Source of the DNA: Candidatus Omnitrophota bacterium
GTDB taxonomy: Bacteria > Omnitrophota > Gorgyraeia > Gygaellales > Profunditerraquicolaceae
Direction of reading: 5' to 3'
Length of the DNA stretch: 64,000 nt
Assembly: GCA_026416665.1 (NCBI GenBank)
Contig: JAOAET010000015.1
Location: 4,433 to 68,432 of the forward strand
Part shown: piece after piece, positions 8,859 to 19,424 of the stretch
Numbering within the stretch: the first letter of the stretch is position 1
Layout: every line of letters begins with the position of its first letter
The notes under the pieces: model-generated
Told to the model about the DNA's origin: nothing
What the model saw: only the letters and a program-made list of their open reading frames with translations
Databases searched by the model: none
Made by a program: the position numbers and the translations under genes

Positions 8859-9392
8859 TTATTTTTTCTTTGGTGTAGAAACCTGTGTCGGTTTATTTTT
8901 GTTGATTATCTCAATAATCTTATCAGTAATGTCTAAACTCTTATCTTGATAGACAAGTACACGGTCGTTAAAGACTAAAGTATAACCTTGTTGCTGACAA
9001 TATTGCTTAATTGCTTCATTGATATCCTTTAATAACTCCTTCATCTTCTCATCTTGCTCTTTTCGCAAATCACCTTGTTTAGAACGGTCAAATTCCTGAA
9101 GGTTCTTTATCTTATTTTCTAGCTCTGCTTTTTTGGCATCTTTTTCTTTGTCGCTTAAGAGATTCATTTTATCTTGAAACTGCTTTATTTCACTGACCAT
9201 CTTATCACGCTCTTGCTCGTAAGCATTTTGTTTATCTCCCAGTATCTTGTCATATTCCTGTGTCTTGTAATATTCACTAAAAATTTTAGTCAAATCCACA
9301 TAGGCAACCTTAAGCTGCTGTGCAAAACAAACATTACCTAAAAAAACAACACCCAAGCTTGCAAGCAAAAGCAAAACAACTTTTTGTTTCAT
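8859..9392 (-). CDS. skp: Periplasmic chaperone Skp/OmpH.
   Basis: A signal peptide followed by a lysine/glutamate-rich coiled-coil protein of 177 aa. It lies between bamA and lpxD. Confidence 0.75.
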   Translation of the reverse strand: MKQKVVLLLLASLGVVFLGNVCFAQQLKVAYVDLTKIFSEYYKTQEYDKILGDKQNAYEQERDKMVSEIKQFQDKMNLLSDKEKDAKKAELENKIKNLQEFDRSKQGDLRKEQDEKMKELLKDINEAIKQYCQQQGYTLVFNDRVLVYQDKSLDITDKIIEIINKNKPTQVSTPKKK

Positions 9393-9507
9393 CTCTTCCT
9401 CCTTTTATTGTCTAGTAGTAGCGGTTATCCCGTTTTACTTTCAAAACCAGTTTTTTTGTCTTTTCTGATGTTTTATAAACTTATAAGGGATTTTCTAAAG
9501 TGGTTGT

Positions 9508-11859
9508 CTAGAAGAGACTGTAGCCCATACTAAAGTGGAACATACCATTATCTTTCTCTGTCTCTCCTGACTCAGGATCTAAGGGGATACCATAGTACAA
9601 AAGAAGCGGACCTATAGGGGTTTTAATACGAAATCCTATACCTGTTCCTGACTTATAACCACCTTGTCCAATATCACTTGCCTTTGCCCAGACATTTCCT
9701 ATATCATAAAAAACTCCCATCCGGATATATTTTACAAGAGGAACTACTAACTCGGCGTTTAACACTACTAATGACTCTCCACCAATGGGGTCTTTAGAAA
9801 GTGCATCAATTGGTCCTATAGAACGTTCATGATAACCCCGAACACTATAAATACCACCACAGAAAAAGCGGTCAAAAATAGGAATTTTTTCTGTTGAACT
9901 AAATGGCCGTGCATACCCAATTCTTCCACGTAGTTCTATCACTGAATCATGTGGAAGTGGCATATAGTGCTCTAATGTACCAGAATATTTCCAGAAATCC
10001 TTATCCCCTCCAAAAGGTCCGCCTGCAACCGTTAAGGCATTACCAAATACGTTGCCACGCAAAGGCACAAAGATATTGTCTCGGGTGTCCATAGTCACCT
10101 CAGTTGTAAAACTTGAGACATTGTTTGTGCCAACTTCAGCCAATAAATCATTTGAGGCAGTTTCTGTTACATCTGCAATACGAATACGGTCATAACGATA
10201 AACTGTGTTTATCTTCCAATATTCTCCTATCTCTTTTCCCAGACGCAGTGCTCCACCGGTTACCTTCTCATCATAACCATAACCTACATCTGTCTCTCGG
10301 TCATGTTGGGTCTGATAAATATCAAATCCAAAAGAAAGCGGATAATCAAACAACCATGGCTCAGTAAAACTTAGTATCATACTATCTGATAAAGAACCTA
10401 TTGATGCACGTAGTTTTAGATTTTGACCTGCACCAGTAAAGTATGGCCAGTTTTTCCAATCAAAATTCTTCTGTTCAAGTTCAATAAACCCCACAAACTT
10501 CTCTACACTAGAGTATCCTCCACCAAAAGAAAGTTGCCCAGTCTTTGTTTCTTTTACCTCTACTACCAAGTCTTTATAATCTTCTTTATTGGTATCTTCA
10601 GTATCATACCGAATTTCCTCGAAGTAGCCTAGATTCTGTAGGCGCTCTTTGCTCCTTCTTAACTTATCCCCATCAAAACGCTCACCCGGTCTAATACGTA
10701 GCTCTCTGCGGATAACAATGTCTTTTGTCTTAACATTGCCCTGTATTTTAATTTGATTTACATAGATAACATTATTTTCAGTAATATTTATAATAACATC
10801 TACTCTTCCTGTATCGCGATTAAGGGCAGTGGTCTCCTGCACCTGTGCCATAATGTAACCACGGTCAAAATATAATCCTTGAATGTTAGAGATGTCTGAC
10901 TTAAGTGCCTCATAGCTAAATATAGAACCAGGACTTGAATCTTTCACTTTAGAAAGTATCTCTGACTCCGAGATGTCTTTGTTACCCTGTACCATAAAAC
11001 TACCTACTCTGTATAACTTACCTTCCTCTATTTTAATAGTTATATAAAGAAATCTACCTGAAGGATCTGTTTCAATCTCATACTTGGCGGTGGCATCAAT
11101 ATAACCATTATTATTGTAAAAAGTCTTGATGCGCTCAATATCCTCTTCTAAAACATCTTCCTTCAAAATTCCTGCGTTAAACATCCACGCACGTTTGGTT
11201 TTCATTATTTTTAAGATTCTTCGGTCAGAAAAGTGTAAGTTTCCTTCTATATAAATTGCCTGAATTCTCTGGCGTCTGCCTTCAGTGATATTAAATTCTA
11301 AAACAGCTTTACGTGTATCTGGGGCAATAGTATAAGAACTTTCTACCTCTACGTCTCTAAACCCTTTTTTGGCGTATAATTCCTTTAAGGCTTGGACGTC
11401 ACTGGCTATTAATGCCTCATCTAAAGGTTGACCCTCTTTAGATTTTATAGTGTTTTGAATTGTCTTACTTGAGATTGCTAATCTTTTTTTTGCGCCAATG
11501 ACCTTTATTTTATCAATAATAGGCCGTTCCTCAACTTTAATAATTACCTTTACTCCGTCTTTGTAAGGTTCAGTTGAAATTTTGATATCGCTAAAATACC
11601 CCAATAGATACAACCTCTTTAAGTCGTCACTGACGATGGTATCTTGGTAAACACTACCTACCCGAATTCGCAACTTTGAAAGGATAGTGGTTGTGCTTAT
11701 AGAGGTATTTCCCTGAACTTCAATAGCGGTGATTGTCTTTCCCTGGGGCTGTAAGGTGGAATTATCCTGTGCCCATACAGCAAAAGAGGTAGCTATTATC
11801 AGGAAAGTTATCCCTACCACTATACTTCTCTGTTTTAATTGAACAATAAAATTATACAT
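9508..11859 (-). CDS. bamA: Outer membrane protein assembly factor BamA (Omp85).
   Basis: 783 aa with a signal peptide, POTRA-like repeats and a C-terminal beta-barrel that ends on an aromatic residue (GYSLF). Gene order is canonical: bamA-skp-lpxD. Confidence 0.9.
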   Translation of the reverse strand: MYNFIVQLKQRSIVVGITFLIIATSFAVWAQDNSTLQPQGKTITAIEVQGNTSISTTTILSKLRIRVGSVYQDTIVSDDLKRLYLLGYFSDIKISTEPYKDGVKVIIKVEERPIIDKIKVIGAKKRLAISSKTIQNTIKSKEGQPLDEALIASDVQALKELYAKKGFRDVEVESSYTIAPDTRKAVLEFNITEGRRQRIQAIYIEGNLHFSDRRILKIMKTKRAWMFNAGILKEDVLEEDIERIKTFYNNNGYIDATAKYEIETDPSGRFLYITIKIEEGKLYRVGSFMVQGNKDISESEILSKVKDSSPGSIFSYEALKSDISNIQGLYFDRGYIMAQVQETTALNRDTGRVDVIINITENNVIYVNQIKIQGNVKTKDIVIRRELRIRPGERFDGDKLRRSKERLQNLGYFEEIRYDTEDTNKEDYKDLVVEVKETKTGQLSFGGGYSSVEKFVGFIELEQKNFDWKNWPYFTGAGQNLKLRASIGSLSDSMILSFTEPWLFDYPLSFGFDIYQTQHDRETDVGYGYDEKVTGGALRLGKEIGEYWKINTVYRYDRIRIADVTETASNDLLAEVGTNNVSSFTTEVTMDTRDNIFVPLRGNVFGNALTVAGGPFGGDKDFWKYSGTLEHYMPLPHDSVIELRGRIGYARPFSSTEKIPIFDRFFCGGIYSVRGYHERSIGPIDALSKDPIGGESLVVLNAELVVPLVKYIRMGVFYDIGNVWAKASDIGQGGYKSGTGIGFRIKTPIGPLLLYYGIPLDPESGETEKDNGMFHFSMGYSLF

Positions 11860-11951
11860 TTTTAGATCCTTGCTAAATTGAAATTAGTATACCATAGTAA
11901 AACTAAAAAGCAAAGAGTTTTTCCAGTTCCCAGGTCAGTTAGACAAACTTT

Positions 11952-14405
11952 TCAGGTTTGACTTTGTGTGTTTAATCCTTTCGTATATGAAATTATATTT
12001 TGCCGTATCATCTGAATAAAAGTATCCGCTAAAGCAGGGTTAAACTGTATTCCTTTTGCTCTTTCTATTTCAGCTAAGGCCTCCTCAACAGACAAGGCCT
12101 TTTTATAGTCACGGCCCGTAGTCAAAGCATCGTAAACATCTGCTAATGCTAAAATCTGGGCTGCTTGTGGTATTGCATCGCCACCTAAACCATGAGGATA
12201 ACCCTTGCCATCCCAACGCTCATGGTGATAAAGAATCCAAGGTAAAATATCCGCCATTCCCTTTAATGGTTCTAAGATTCTTATAGCAATAATTTCATGT
12301 TTCTTGATAAAATCATATTCTTCATCAGTAAGACGCTCTTTCTTGTGCAGTATACTATCCGGAATACCAATCTTTCCCAAGTCATGTAAGAGGGCTGCTT
12401 TTCTAAGCTTCTCCTTTTCTTGTTTGCTCCATCCTAAACGGTCAGCTAATGATAAAGCATAGTGCATTACTCTGGTAGAATGTCCCTGAGTATAAGGGTC
12501 ACGTGCCTCTAGGGCATTAACCAAGGACAAAATAACCTCAAAAAAAATTTCCTGATTGCGAATTTGCTCTTTTTTAAGCTCTTCAATTACATTAAGAAGT
12601 TGTCTGTTTTTTTCCTCCAAATCTGCATCTAATAATTCTAAGAACTGTTGCTCAAGTTGTGTTTCGCTGATAAACCTTTTTTGTAAAATATTTAAGCTTT
12701 CTTCATCAACAGTAGAAATTGGAGTAGTCTGACTATTTATTCTATCAAATAATATCGCTAGAACTTGACGTATTCTGTATTCTCTATGCCAAAGTAAATA
12801 ACAAATTTTTACTTTTACCTTAAGGGCCTTTTCTTCAAACAACATACGCAAAGAAGCAGATAAAACTTCAAGCATATGACTAAATTCTTGTTTGCTAGCA
12901 GGTATTGCTCCTACCACCGCCTCAGAAGAATATACTGCCCAGAAACTACCTTTTATCTGCAATGTCTGACGAATCATTTGCCAAATTCGACGTATACTTG
13001 CTAAAGGCATATCTTGTAATTCATCTTTTAATGATTCAAATAGAATAAAAATGCAGTAAAGTTTTCTGCCAAAATAAAAACGTTGAGCTACAAAATCAAA
13101 ATAGTAACAAAAATACCTCAGAGTGTAAAGACCGCGCACAGGATCTTGAGAAACTTTATGTTTTATCTCAGCAAGAGCAACTAAGTAACGTAGATATTTA
13201 TAAAGAAGTATAAACAGAGAAAAGGTCAATATAGATAACGCAATGATGGCAAAAGATAATTCAATTCCCATAAATCTGAAAATTATGGAATACCAGAAAC
13301 CAAGAATTAATACCCCACAAGTTATAATAAGTTGTATTCCTAATCCACCTATGGGACTTAAATAAAGAACCAAACCACAACAGACTAAAGCACCTAAAAG
13401 TGTAAGAAGCTTACTTTTTACTAAAAATTTTTGTGAAATAATGTTTAGAAAACCATTCAAATGAAGATATCCACCTGGCCATTTCCCTAGTGGTGTAATA
13501 ACTGTATCGTGTAAAACTTCTGCGTCAGGATAGATAAACACTATACTATCTTTTAAAAAATCTTCTCCTAATAATTTTTTGAGTTTTTCTAAATTGGCAT
13601 AGAGATCGTAAAATCTAATTCGTTTCACTACAGTTGGTGACGAAAAAGGGGGTAAATCAGCTGTTTGCATAATGGTCGGTTTCACTAAGTAATTTATAAA
13701 AAAAGAAGAAGCCATAATTTTTCCAGCGCGATATGGAACAAGCGGAATAAACTTTACCAGCTTTTCAGCACTTACCCCTAATGTAGTTGCAGCAAGCTGT
13801 AACGACAATGAATAAGCGGAATTAGGGAAAATATTAGTATTAGTATTAGTATTAGTATTTACATAAGCAAAAAGACGCCTGCTTACCCCATCTTTATCTG
13901 TAGGCACATCTACTAAACCTAGAACACAGTTAGGGTTATTTTGGAACTCAGGCTCTGGTAAAATAAAAGAATCACTGCCATAATAATTAAACATAAAAGC
14001 TAAAATAACCTTGGTATCAGTTATTTGTTTTATGGCCTGTGCAAAAGTTGTATCCTCTGTAGGGTCTTGGGATTTTCCTCTGAATACCAAATCAAATGCA
14101 ACCACTTTTACTTTTTCTTCATTTAAGGTCTTTAGTAATTTTGCATAAATAGAACGGCGAAAAGGATAGATAGATTCTATCTTACTAATACTTTCATCAT
14201 CAATACCAACAGCATATATTTTAAGCTTAGGCATGCGCTGAGTAAGGATTTTCTGAAAAAATGAATTGGAATGGATATAACGTAAAGGGAGGTCATCCAA
14301 AAAGAAAAATAACCTACACGGCCATAATAAAACAAGTGTGGTTATCAGAATAACAGTGAAAAACGCAACAACTTTAAGAACAAAGAAATCTCTATTTTCT
14401 TTCAA
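11952..14405 (-). CDS. CHASE2 sensor domain fused to an HD-GYP c-di-GMP phosphodiesterase.
   Basis: N-terminal TM helix, a periplasmic region, then multiple TM helices in a CHASE2-like architecture. The C-terminus carries HDLGKIGIP and HHERWDGKGYPHGL, the HD and GYP motifs. Confidence 0.75.
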   Translation of the reverse strand: MKENRDFFVLKVVAFFTVILITTLVLLWPCRLFFFLDDLPLRYIHSNSFFQKILTQRMPKLKIYAVGIDDESISKIESIYPFRRSIYAKLLKTLNEEKVKVVAFDLVFRGKSQDPTEDTTFAQAIKQITDTKVILAFMFNYYGSDSFILPEPEFQNNPNCVLGLVDVPTDKDGVSRRLFAYVNTNTNTNTNIFPNSAYSLSLQLAATTLGVSAEKLVKFIPLVPYRAGKIMASSFFINYLVKPTIMQTADLPPFSSPTVVKRIRFYDLYANLEKLKKLLGEDFLKDSIVFIYPDAEVLHDTVITPLGKWPGGYLHLNGFLNIISQKFLVKSKLLTLLGALVCCGLVLYLSPIGGLGIQLIITCGVLILGFWYSIIFRFMGIELSFAIIALSILTFSLFILLYKYLRYLVALAEIKHKVSQDPVRGLYTLRYFCYYFDFVAQRFYFGRKLYCIFILFESLKDELQDMPLASIRRIWQMIRQTLQIKGSFWAVYSSEAVVGAIPASKQEFSHMLEVLSASLRMLFEEKALKVKVKICYLLWHREYRIRQVLAILFDRINSQTTPISTVDEESLNILQKRFISETQLEQQFLELLDADLEEKNRQLLNVIEELKKEQIRNQEIFFEVILSLVNALEARDPYTQGHSTRVMHYALSLADRLGWSKQEKEKLRKAALLHDLGKIGIPDSILHKKERLTDEEYDFIKKHEIIAIRILEPLKGMADILPWILYHHERWDGKGYPHGLGGDAIPQAAQILALADVYDALTTGRDYKKALSVEEALAEIERAKGIQFNPALADTFIQMIRQNIISYTKGLNTQSQT
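13832..13859. repeat. Hexanucleotide tandem repeat (TATTAG), about 4.5 copies, lying inside the CHASE2-HD-GYP CDS.
   Basis: Read directly: tattagtattagtattagtattagtatt. It encodes NTNTNTNTN in the periplasmic sensor domain. Confidence 0.9.
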
Positions 14406-14476
14406 TTGAAAAACTTTTTATTTTCTTTCTGATGCTGTTAGCCCTGCCTTGTCTAATTAGATACCTAAATCCTCTA

Positions 14477-15115
14477 CTACTCTTTAGTCAAACTTATTTC
14501 ATTACGCACAATTGTATTGTCTTTACGGATACCTAAACCGAATCTTTTTCTTTTTAAATAATCTATATGTCGACACTTAAGTTCACTAATCTCGCCATTA
14601 AAACTAAACTCATCACTATCACCAATTAGAACAACCGTTGAATTTAGCTGTTGGTATCTTTTTATCCCCATATCTATTAAACCCTTATAAAGGGCGTAAG
14701 AAGTCTGACCACCTGTTTTTGTAGGTGGGGTATTATCTTTGGGACAAGATATCAAGTTTAAATCAAACTCAGCTAATGTATAAATAAACGGTTCAGCAAA
14801 AGCTATTGAACAAGAAGTTATATATTCGGATAAACCACTTAATTTGATTATACGGCGTTTATTATTCAGTTGAGAACAAGCGTATGAAAAATATCTCTTC
14901 GGTAAGTGACTAAGCGACTGTGGGCCATAATCATGGTCAAGCATATACAGATCCAACGCATGTTTTATTAAACGTAGATTGGCTTCACAGGTCTTTGCTT
15001 TAGAATTCTCTACCCATTGGGCCAAGGGAATCAATGCAAGAAAGCTGATAATTCCTAGAATAACGATAGTTGTCAGAATTTCTAAAAAAGTAAAACTCTT
15101 TCCGTTAGATCTCAT
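14477..15115 (-). CDS. Prepilin-type N-terminal domain protein (pseudopilin or type IV pilin-like).
   Basis: N-terminus MRSNGKSFTFLEILTTIVILGIISFLAL carries a G/FTxLE-like cleavage and methylation motif followed by a hydrophobic helix. Confidence 0.5.
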   Translation of the reverse strand: MRSNGKSFTFLEILTTIVILGIISFLALIPLAQWVENSKAKTCEANLRLIKHALDLYMLDHDYGPQSLSHLPKRYFSYACSQLNNKRRIIKLSGLSEYITSCSIAFAEPFIYTLAEFDLNLISCPKDNTPPTKTGGQTSYALYKGLIDMGIKRYQQLNSTVVLIGDSDEFSFNGEISELKCRHIDYLKRKRFGLGIRKDNTIVRNEISLTKE

Positions 15116-15196
15116 TTGCTATTTATTCACTAGAAACAATATTTTTACTTAACCCAGTTAGAATTTTTTCTCTGTGTATGTTTTGTGAAATCTTAT

Positions 15197-16549
15197 CTAT
15201 CCTTCAATTTGTGCCATATTCTCAAATCTAGTAAATTCTTTTAAGAAAGTTAAATTAAAAGAACCTACTGGGCCATTACGTTGCTTGGCAATAATTATTT
15301 CTGCCTTTCCTTCATTCTCAGGAGTAGGGTTGTAGTACTCTTCGCGTAAAATTAATACCACTAAATCAGCATCTTGCTCAATTGCTCCTGATTCGCGTAA
15401 ATCTGAAAGTTGCGGACGATGGTCCACCCGTGATTCTACTGCACGGGAAAGTTGGCTAATAGCAATCACCGCAACGTCAAGTTCCCTTGCTAATGCCTTC
15501 AATGCCCGAGAAATATCAGAAATTTCTTGTTGTCTGCTTTCAGCTGAACCACTTCCACGCATCAATTGTAAATAGTCTACTATAAGCAATTTTATATTAC
15601 AATTTGCTTTTAGTCTTCGTGCCTTTGCACGTAATTCTAATACTGAAATGGCGGGGGTATCATCAATAAAAATTGGTGCCTCAGAGAGTTTGCCTGCAGC
15701 AGCTGTCAAACGTGGCCAGTCAGAAGTAGCTAAATACCCAGTTCGCACTTTATTTGCATCTACTTTGGCGTGAGAACATAAAAGACGCTGGACAAGCTGT
15801 TCCTTAGACATTTCAAGAGAAAAAATAGCAAGAGGTACTTTGGCAATTACACCTGCATACTCAGCAATGCCCAACGCCAAAGCACTTTTTCCCATTGAGG
15901 GACGACCTGCGATAACAATTAAATCTGAAGGTTGTAAACCTGCGGTCATCCGATCAAAATCAATAAATCCGGTAGGAATACCTGTTACATGGGATTTATT
16001 CTGGTAAAGACGATCTATTGCCTCTATAGACTCTTTTATTATCTCTTTAATTGGTAAACAAGTAGATTGTGAACGTATATCACTAACTTCGAAAATAAGC
16101 CTTTCTGCCCGATCTACTAATTCATCTACTGGACCTTCATTCTCATGACAAAACTGAATAATTTTTTGCGCATTTGTAATCAAAGAACGCAAAATACTTT
16201 TCTCTTTAACAATAGCGACATAGTGAGCAATGTTTGCCGCAGAAGGAACAGTATTGACTAGCTCAGTAAGATAGCTAACCCCTCCTACCTCTTCGAGAAC
16301 TCCTAAACGCTTCAACTCATCAGTGACAGTAATAAGGTCAACTGCTTTGTTTTGGTTATATAAAGATAATATTACTTCAAAGATAATGCGATGGGCATTC
16401 TTATAAAAAGAATCTTTAGTTATTGATTCAATAGCAAAACCAATGGCGTTCTCATCAAGTAACAAAGAACCTAGTACAGCCATTTCTGCTTCTATATTCT
16501 GAGGCGGGATAATATCTTTTGGAAAGGCTTCTTTGGTCAGATTTGCCAT
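15197..16549 (-). CDS. dnaB: Replicative DNA helicase DnaB.
   Basis: N-terminal PPQNIEAEMAVLGSLLLD, a Walker A motif GRPSMGKS, and a RecA-like C-terminal domain. It lies downstream of rplI. I prefer the MANLTK start at 16549. Confidence 0.9.
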   Translation of the reverse strand: MANLTKEAFPKDIIPPQNIEAEMAVLGSLLLDENAIGFAIESITKDSFYKNAHRIIFEVILSLYNQNKAVDLITVTDELKRLGVLEEVGGVSYLTELVNTVPSAANIAHYVAIVKEKSILRSLITNAQKIIQFCHENEGPVDELVDRAERLIFEVSDIRSQSTCLPIKEIIKESIEAIDRLYQNKSHVTGIPTGFIDFDRMTAGLQPSDLIVIAGRPSMGKSALALGIAEYAGVIAKVPLAIFSLEMSKEQLVQRLLCSHAKVDANKVRTGYLATSDWPRLTAAAGKLSEAPIFIDDTPAISVLELRAKARRLKANCNIKLLIVDYLQLMRGSGSAESRQQEISDISRALKALARELDVAVIAISQLSRAVESRVDHRPQLSDLRESGAIEQDADLVVLILREEYYNPTPENEGKAEIIIAKQRNGPVGSFNLTFLKEFTRFENMAQIEG

Positions 16550-16635
16550 ATAACAAGTCAATAAAGTGGAAGTAGTAATAAAAGATTATTTAAAAAATAA
16601 TTTGCGAACCTAAAAAGTATTTGTTAAAAATAAGA

Positions 16636-17079
16636 TTATTTCTTGACTACCCAAATCTTAAGCTGCCCTTCCACTTCTGGATGTAATTTTAAAGGAACTT
16701 GATAAATCCCTAAAGTCTTAATAGGTTCATTAATTATTATAGCACTTTCTTCAATATCTATACCCTCTTCTTTTAATGCTTGGCGTATTTCTTGCGGGCC
16801 TACTGACCCGTAAAGTTTGTCTTTTTCATGAACCAACACAGGTATAGTCAAAGACAAAGAAGAAAGTTTATTACGCAGCTTCTCTGCAGCTATCTTTGCC
16901 TGCTCAGCTTGCCGTTGGCGCATCTGTTTTATTTGTTCAAGCTTTCTAAGATTTTGCTCATTAGCAGGCAAAGCCAACTTACGTGGAAAAAGATAGTTCC
17001 TGGCATATCCATCTTTTACCTTCACAACAGCGTTTTCTTGTCCAAGGCCCTCAACGTTTTTGATTAAAATTACTTCCAT
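16636..17079 (-). CDS. rplI: 50S ribosomal protein L9.
   Basis: MEVILIKNVEGLGQ...VKVKDGYARNYLFPRKLA. Confidence 0.9.
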   Translation of the reverse strand: MEVILIKNVEGLGQENAVVKVKDGYARNYLFPRKLALPANEQNLRKLEQIKQMRQRQAEQAKIAAEKLRNKLSSLSLTIPVLVHEKDKLYGSVGPQEIRQALKEEGIDIEESAIIINEPIKTLGIYQVPLKLHPEVEGQLKIWVVKK

Positions 17080-17094
17080 ATCTTTTCTCTCCTA

Positions 17095-17367
17095 CTATAA
17101 ACGAACATAAGGCAATAAAGCAAGATAACGCGCTCGCTTGATTGCCACAGCTAACTGCCTTTGATGTTTAGCGCAATTACTCGAAGAACGAGAAGAAACA
17201 ATTCTACCGCGTTCTTTAATGAATGACTCCAAAACCTTAATCTCTTTATAGTCGATTTGTGATACATTATCTACACAAAAACGACAACTCTTTTTTCGTG
17301 TTTGTCCTATATTTGTTCGCTTCCGTTCGGTTTTTTTTCCACTTGAACCTTTTTTAGTTTGTGTCAT
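17095..17367 (-). CDS. rpsR: 30S ribosomal protein S18.
   Basis: [35 protein letters not shown]...[21 protein letters not shown]. Confidence 0.9.
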   Translation of the reverse strand: MTQTKKGSSGKKTERKRTNIGQTRKKSCRFCVDNVSQIDYKEIKVLESFIKERGRIVSSRSSSNCAKHQRQLAVAIKRARYLALLPYVRL

Positions 17368-17788
17368 TTATCTCTCCTTGCGTTTCATCTAACCATGCCG
17401 CCTCGCTAGTCTGCTCAGCAGCATTTGTCTCTTCCTCGGCTACATTAGTATTCTGGGCTTTGGGACCTAAGAACTGAACTCTTTCAGCCCTTACTTCTAT
17501 AACTGTTCTTTTTTTACCCTGAGGATCATCCCAACTACGCATTTGTAATCTACCTTCTACAAAAACTGGACTACCCTTTGTAAGAAATTGATTACAGCTT
17601 TCTGCCAATTTATTCCAGGCCACAACATTTAAAAAACAAACTTCCTCTTTTACTTCGCCTGCTTTATCTCTAAAGCGATGGCTGACTGCCAGTCCTAAGT
17701 TAGCAACAGCAGTTCCTTGTGGAGTATATCTAAGCTCAGGGTCGCGAGTTAAATTACCAATCAAAAATACCTTATTAAGATTTGCCAT
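17354..17788 (-). CDS. ssb: Single-stranded DNA-binding protein.
   Basis: The OB-fold N-terminus reads [35 protein letters not shown]. The C-terminus ends ...[13 protein letters not shown] and lacks the canonical DDDIPF tip. Confidence 0.85.
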   Translation of the reverse strand: MANLNKVFLIGNLTRDPELRYTPQGTAVANLGLAVSHRFRDKAGEVKEEVCFLNVVAWNKLAESCNQFLTKGSPVFVEGRLQMRSWDDPQGKKRTVIEVRAERVQFLGPKAQNTNVAEEETNAAEQTSEAAWLDETQGEINDTN

Positions 17789-17796
17789 ACTACCTC

Positions 17797-18093
17797 CTAT
17801 GCCTTGGTGGTAAGATTAAGAATCAAAAATCGCAAAATACTTTCATTAAGTTTCAACGTATTTCTTATTCTGGCAACCGCATGCGGATTAACATTAAAAT
17901 GAATAAGGTAATATACACCTTCTTGTTTTTTCTTTATAGGATAAGCAAGTTGCCTTCTTTCAGACCATAAATTAGAATCGATTACTTTGCCTTCGTTTTT
18001 AGTAATAGTTTCTTGAATAAAATTAATAAGTTGGCTACGCTCATTATCTGAAAGTCCTGCGTCTAAAATAATCATTGCTTCATACTTATTCAT
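17797..18093 (-). CDS. rpsF: 30S ribosomal protein S6.
   Basis: MNKYEAMIILDAGLSDNERSQLI...EGVYYLIHFN, in the canonical rpsF-ssb-rpsR-rplI arrangement. Confidence 0.9.
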   Translation of the reverse strand: MNKYEAMIILDAGLSDNERSQLINFIQETITKNEGKVIDSNLWSERRQLAYPIKKKQEGVYYLIHFNVNPHAVARIRNTLKLNESILRFLILNLTTKA

Positions 18094-18673
18094 TGTTTCC
18101 CTCTCTTCTTTTGTTGATCATCGCCATCGTTTTATCTATCCCTTCTTTTAACCAAAAATCTATTGCAAAACAAGCATGCTCAATAACCTCACCCAATCTT
18201 TGTTGCTCTTGAGTAGTAAAAGGTGAAAGTACATAATCTGCAGGTTCAGTTTTTGGTGTCGGTCTTCCAATTCCTATGCGCAAGCGACAAAATTCCTCAG
18301 TTCCTAAGTAGTTTATTATTGACTCTATACCATTATGCCCTGCAGAAGAACCACCGAGCTTAACTTGAATTCTCCCTAAGGGAAAATCCATATCATCGTG
18401 AACTATTAAAAGATCACGGCCATTAATACGATTTTTCTTGACTAATCTTGACACTACTGTCCCCGATAAATTCATATAAACTAAAGGTAAAGCTATAATC
18501 CCTCCAATTCCTTCATCTTTTTTTATCGTTGCAATAAATGCTTTCTGCCAAAAAACATATTTAAAATTAATCTGCTGTTCTTTAACATAAGCCCGAATAA
18601 CCGTAGCACCAATATTATGCCTGGTAGAAAGATAACGCCTGCCAGGATTTCCTAAGCCAACTACCAGTTTCAT
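18086..18673 (-). CDS. pth: Peptidyl-tRNA hydrolase.
   Basis: MKLVVGLGNPGRRYLSTRHNIGATVI, and a GGSSAGHNG-like motif in the form LGGSSAGHNGIESI. Confidence 0.9.
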   Translation of the reverse strand: MKLVVGLGNPGRRYLSTRHNIGATVIRAYVKEQQINFKYVFWQKAFIATIKKDEGIGGIIALPLVYMNLSGTVVSRLVKKNRINGRDLLIVHDDMDFPLGRIQVKLGGSSAGHNGIESIINYLGTEEFCRLRIGIGRPTPKTEPADYVLSPFTTQEQQRLGEVIEHACFAIDFWLKEGIDKTMAMINKRREGNNE

Positions 18674-18695
18674 TAATTAACATAACCCTTTTCGT

Positions 18696-19367
18696 TTATT
18701 TGCTTTCGGGCGTAGAAGTTTCCTTTACCTCTTCTTTCTTCTCCTTAATTACCTCTGGTTCTTTTAATTCCTCACCTTCAGCAGGAGCAGTTATTTCTTC
18801 TTTCATTGGAGCAGAAACAGCTACAACCACTGCTTCAGGGTCAGATAAAATCTTAACTTTTGGAGGACAGATTATTTCTTTAACATGTACGGCTTCACCA
18901 ATTTTAAGATGGGATATATCAACCTCAATATGTTTGGGTATATCTGTGGGTAAACACTCTACTTCTATCTGCCACATTACTACTTCTAAAGATCCACCTT
19001 CTTGCTTAACTCCAACGGCTTCACCAACTGTTACAACAGGGACATTAACTTTTAATGTCTTAGTCAAAGATATCTCATGGAAATCAATATGAAGGATGTC
19101 GCCATGAACAGGGTCGTATTGTATCTCTTTAATCATACAGGAACGCGATTTTTTCTTATCATCTTTAATATGTAAGTTAATAATAGCGTTCTCCAACCTA
19201 TGATGGTGATACAAAGTCAAGAACTCATGTCTTGATACCTTTATGGGTAAAGACTCTGTACCATTAGAATACACCACTGCAGGAATAAATCCTAACTTCT
19301 TCATTGCCTTGACTTCACTTCGTCCAATCTCTTGCCTTGGTTGAGCTTCTAGTATGAGGTTTTCCAT
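18696..19367 (-). CDS. rplY: 50S ribosomal protein L25 / general stress protein Ctc.
   Basis: EAQPRQEIGRSEVKAMKKLGFIPAVVYSNG, with an acidic C-terminal extension of the Ctc type. It lies between pth and prs. Confidence 0.85.
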   Translation of the reverse strand: MENLILEAQPRQEIGRSEVKAMKKLGFIPAVVYSNGTESLPIKVSRHEFLTLYHHHRLENAIINLHIKDDKKKSRSCMIKEIQYDPVHGDILHIDFHEISLTKTLKVNVPVVTVGEAVGVKQEGGSLEVVMWQIEVECLPTDIPKHIEVDISHLKIGEAVHVKEIICPPKVKILSDPEAVVVAVSAPMKEEITAPAEGEELKEPEVIKEKKEEVKETSTPESK

Positions 19368-19424
19368 TTCGCTTGTTTCCTTTCTTGAAATACAAATGTG
19401 TTTTATATGGGTTCCTTTAAGAAC

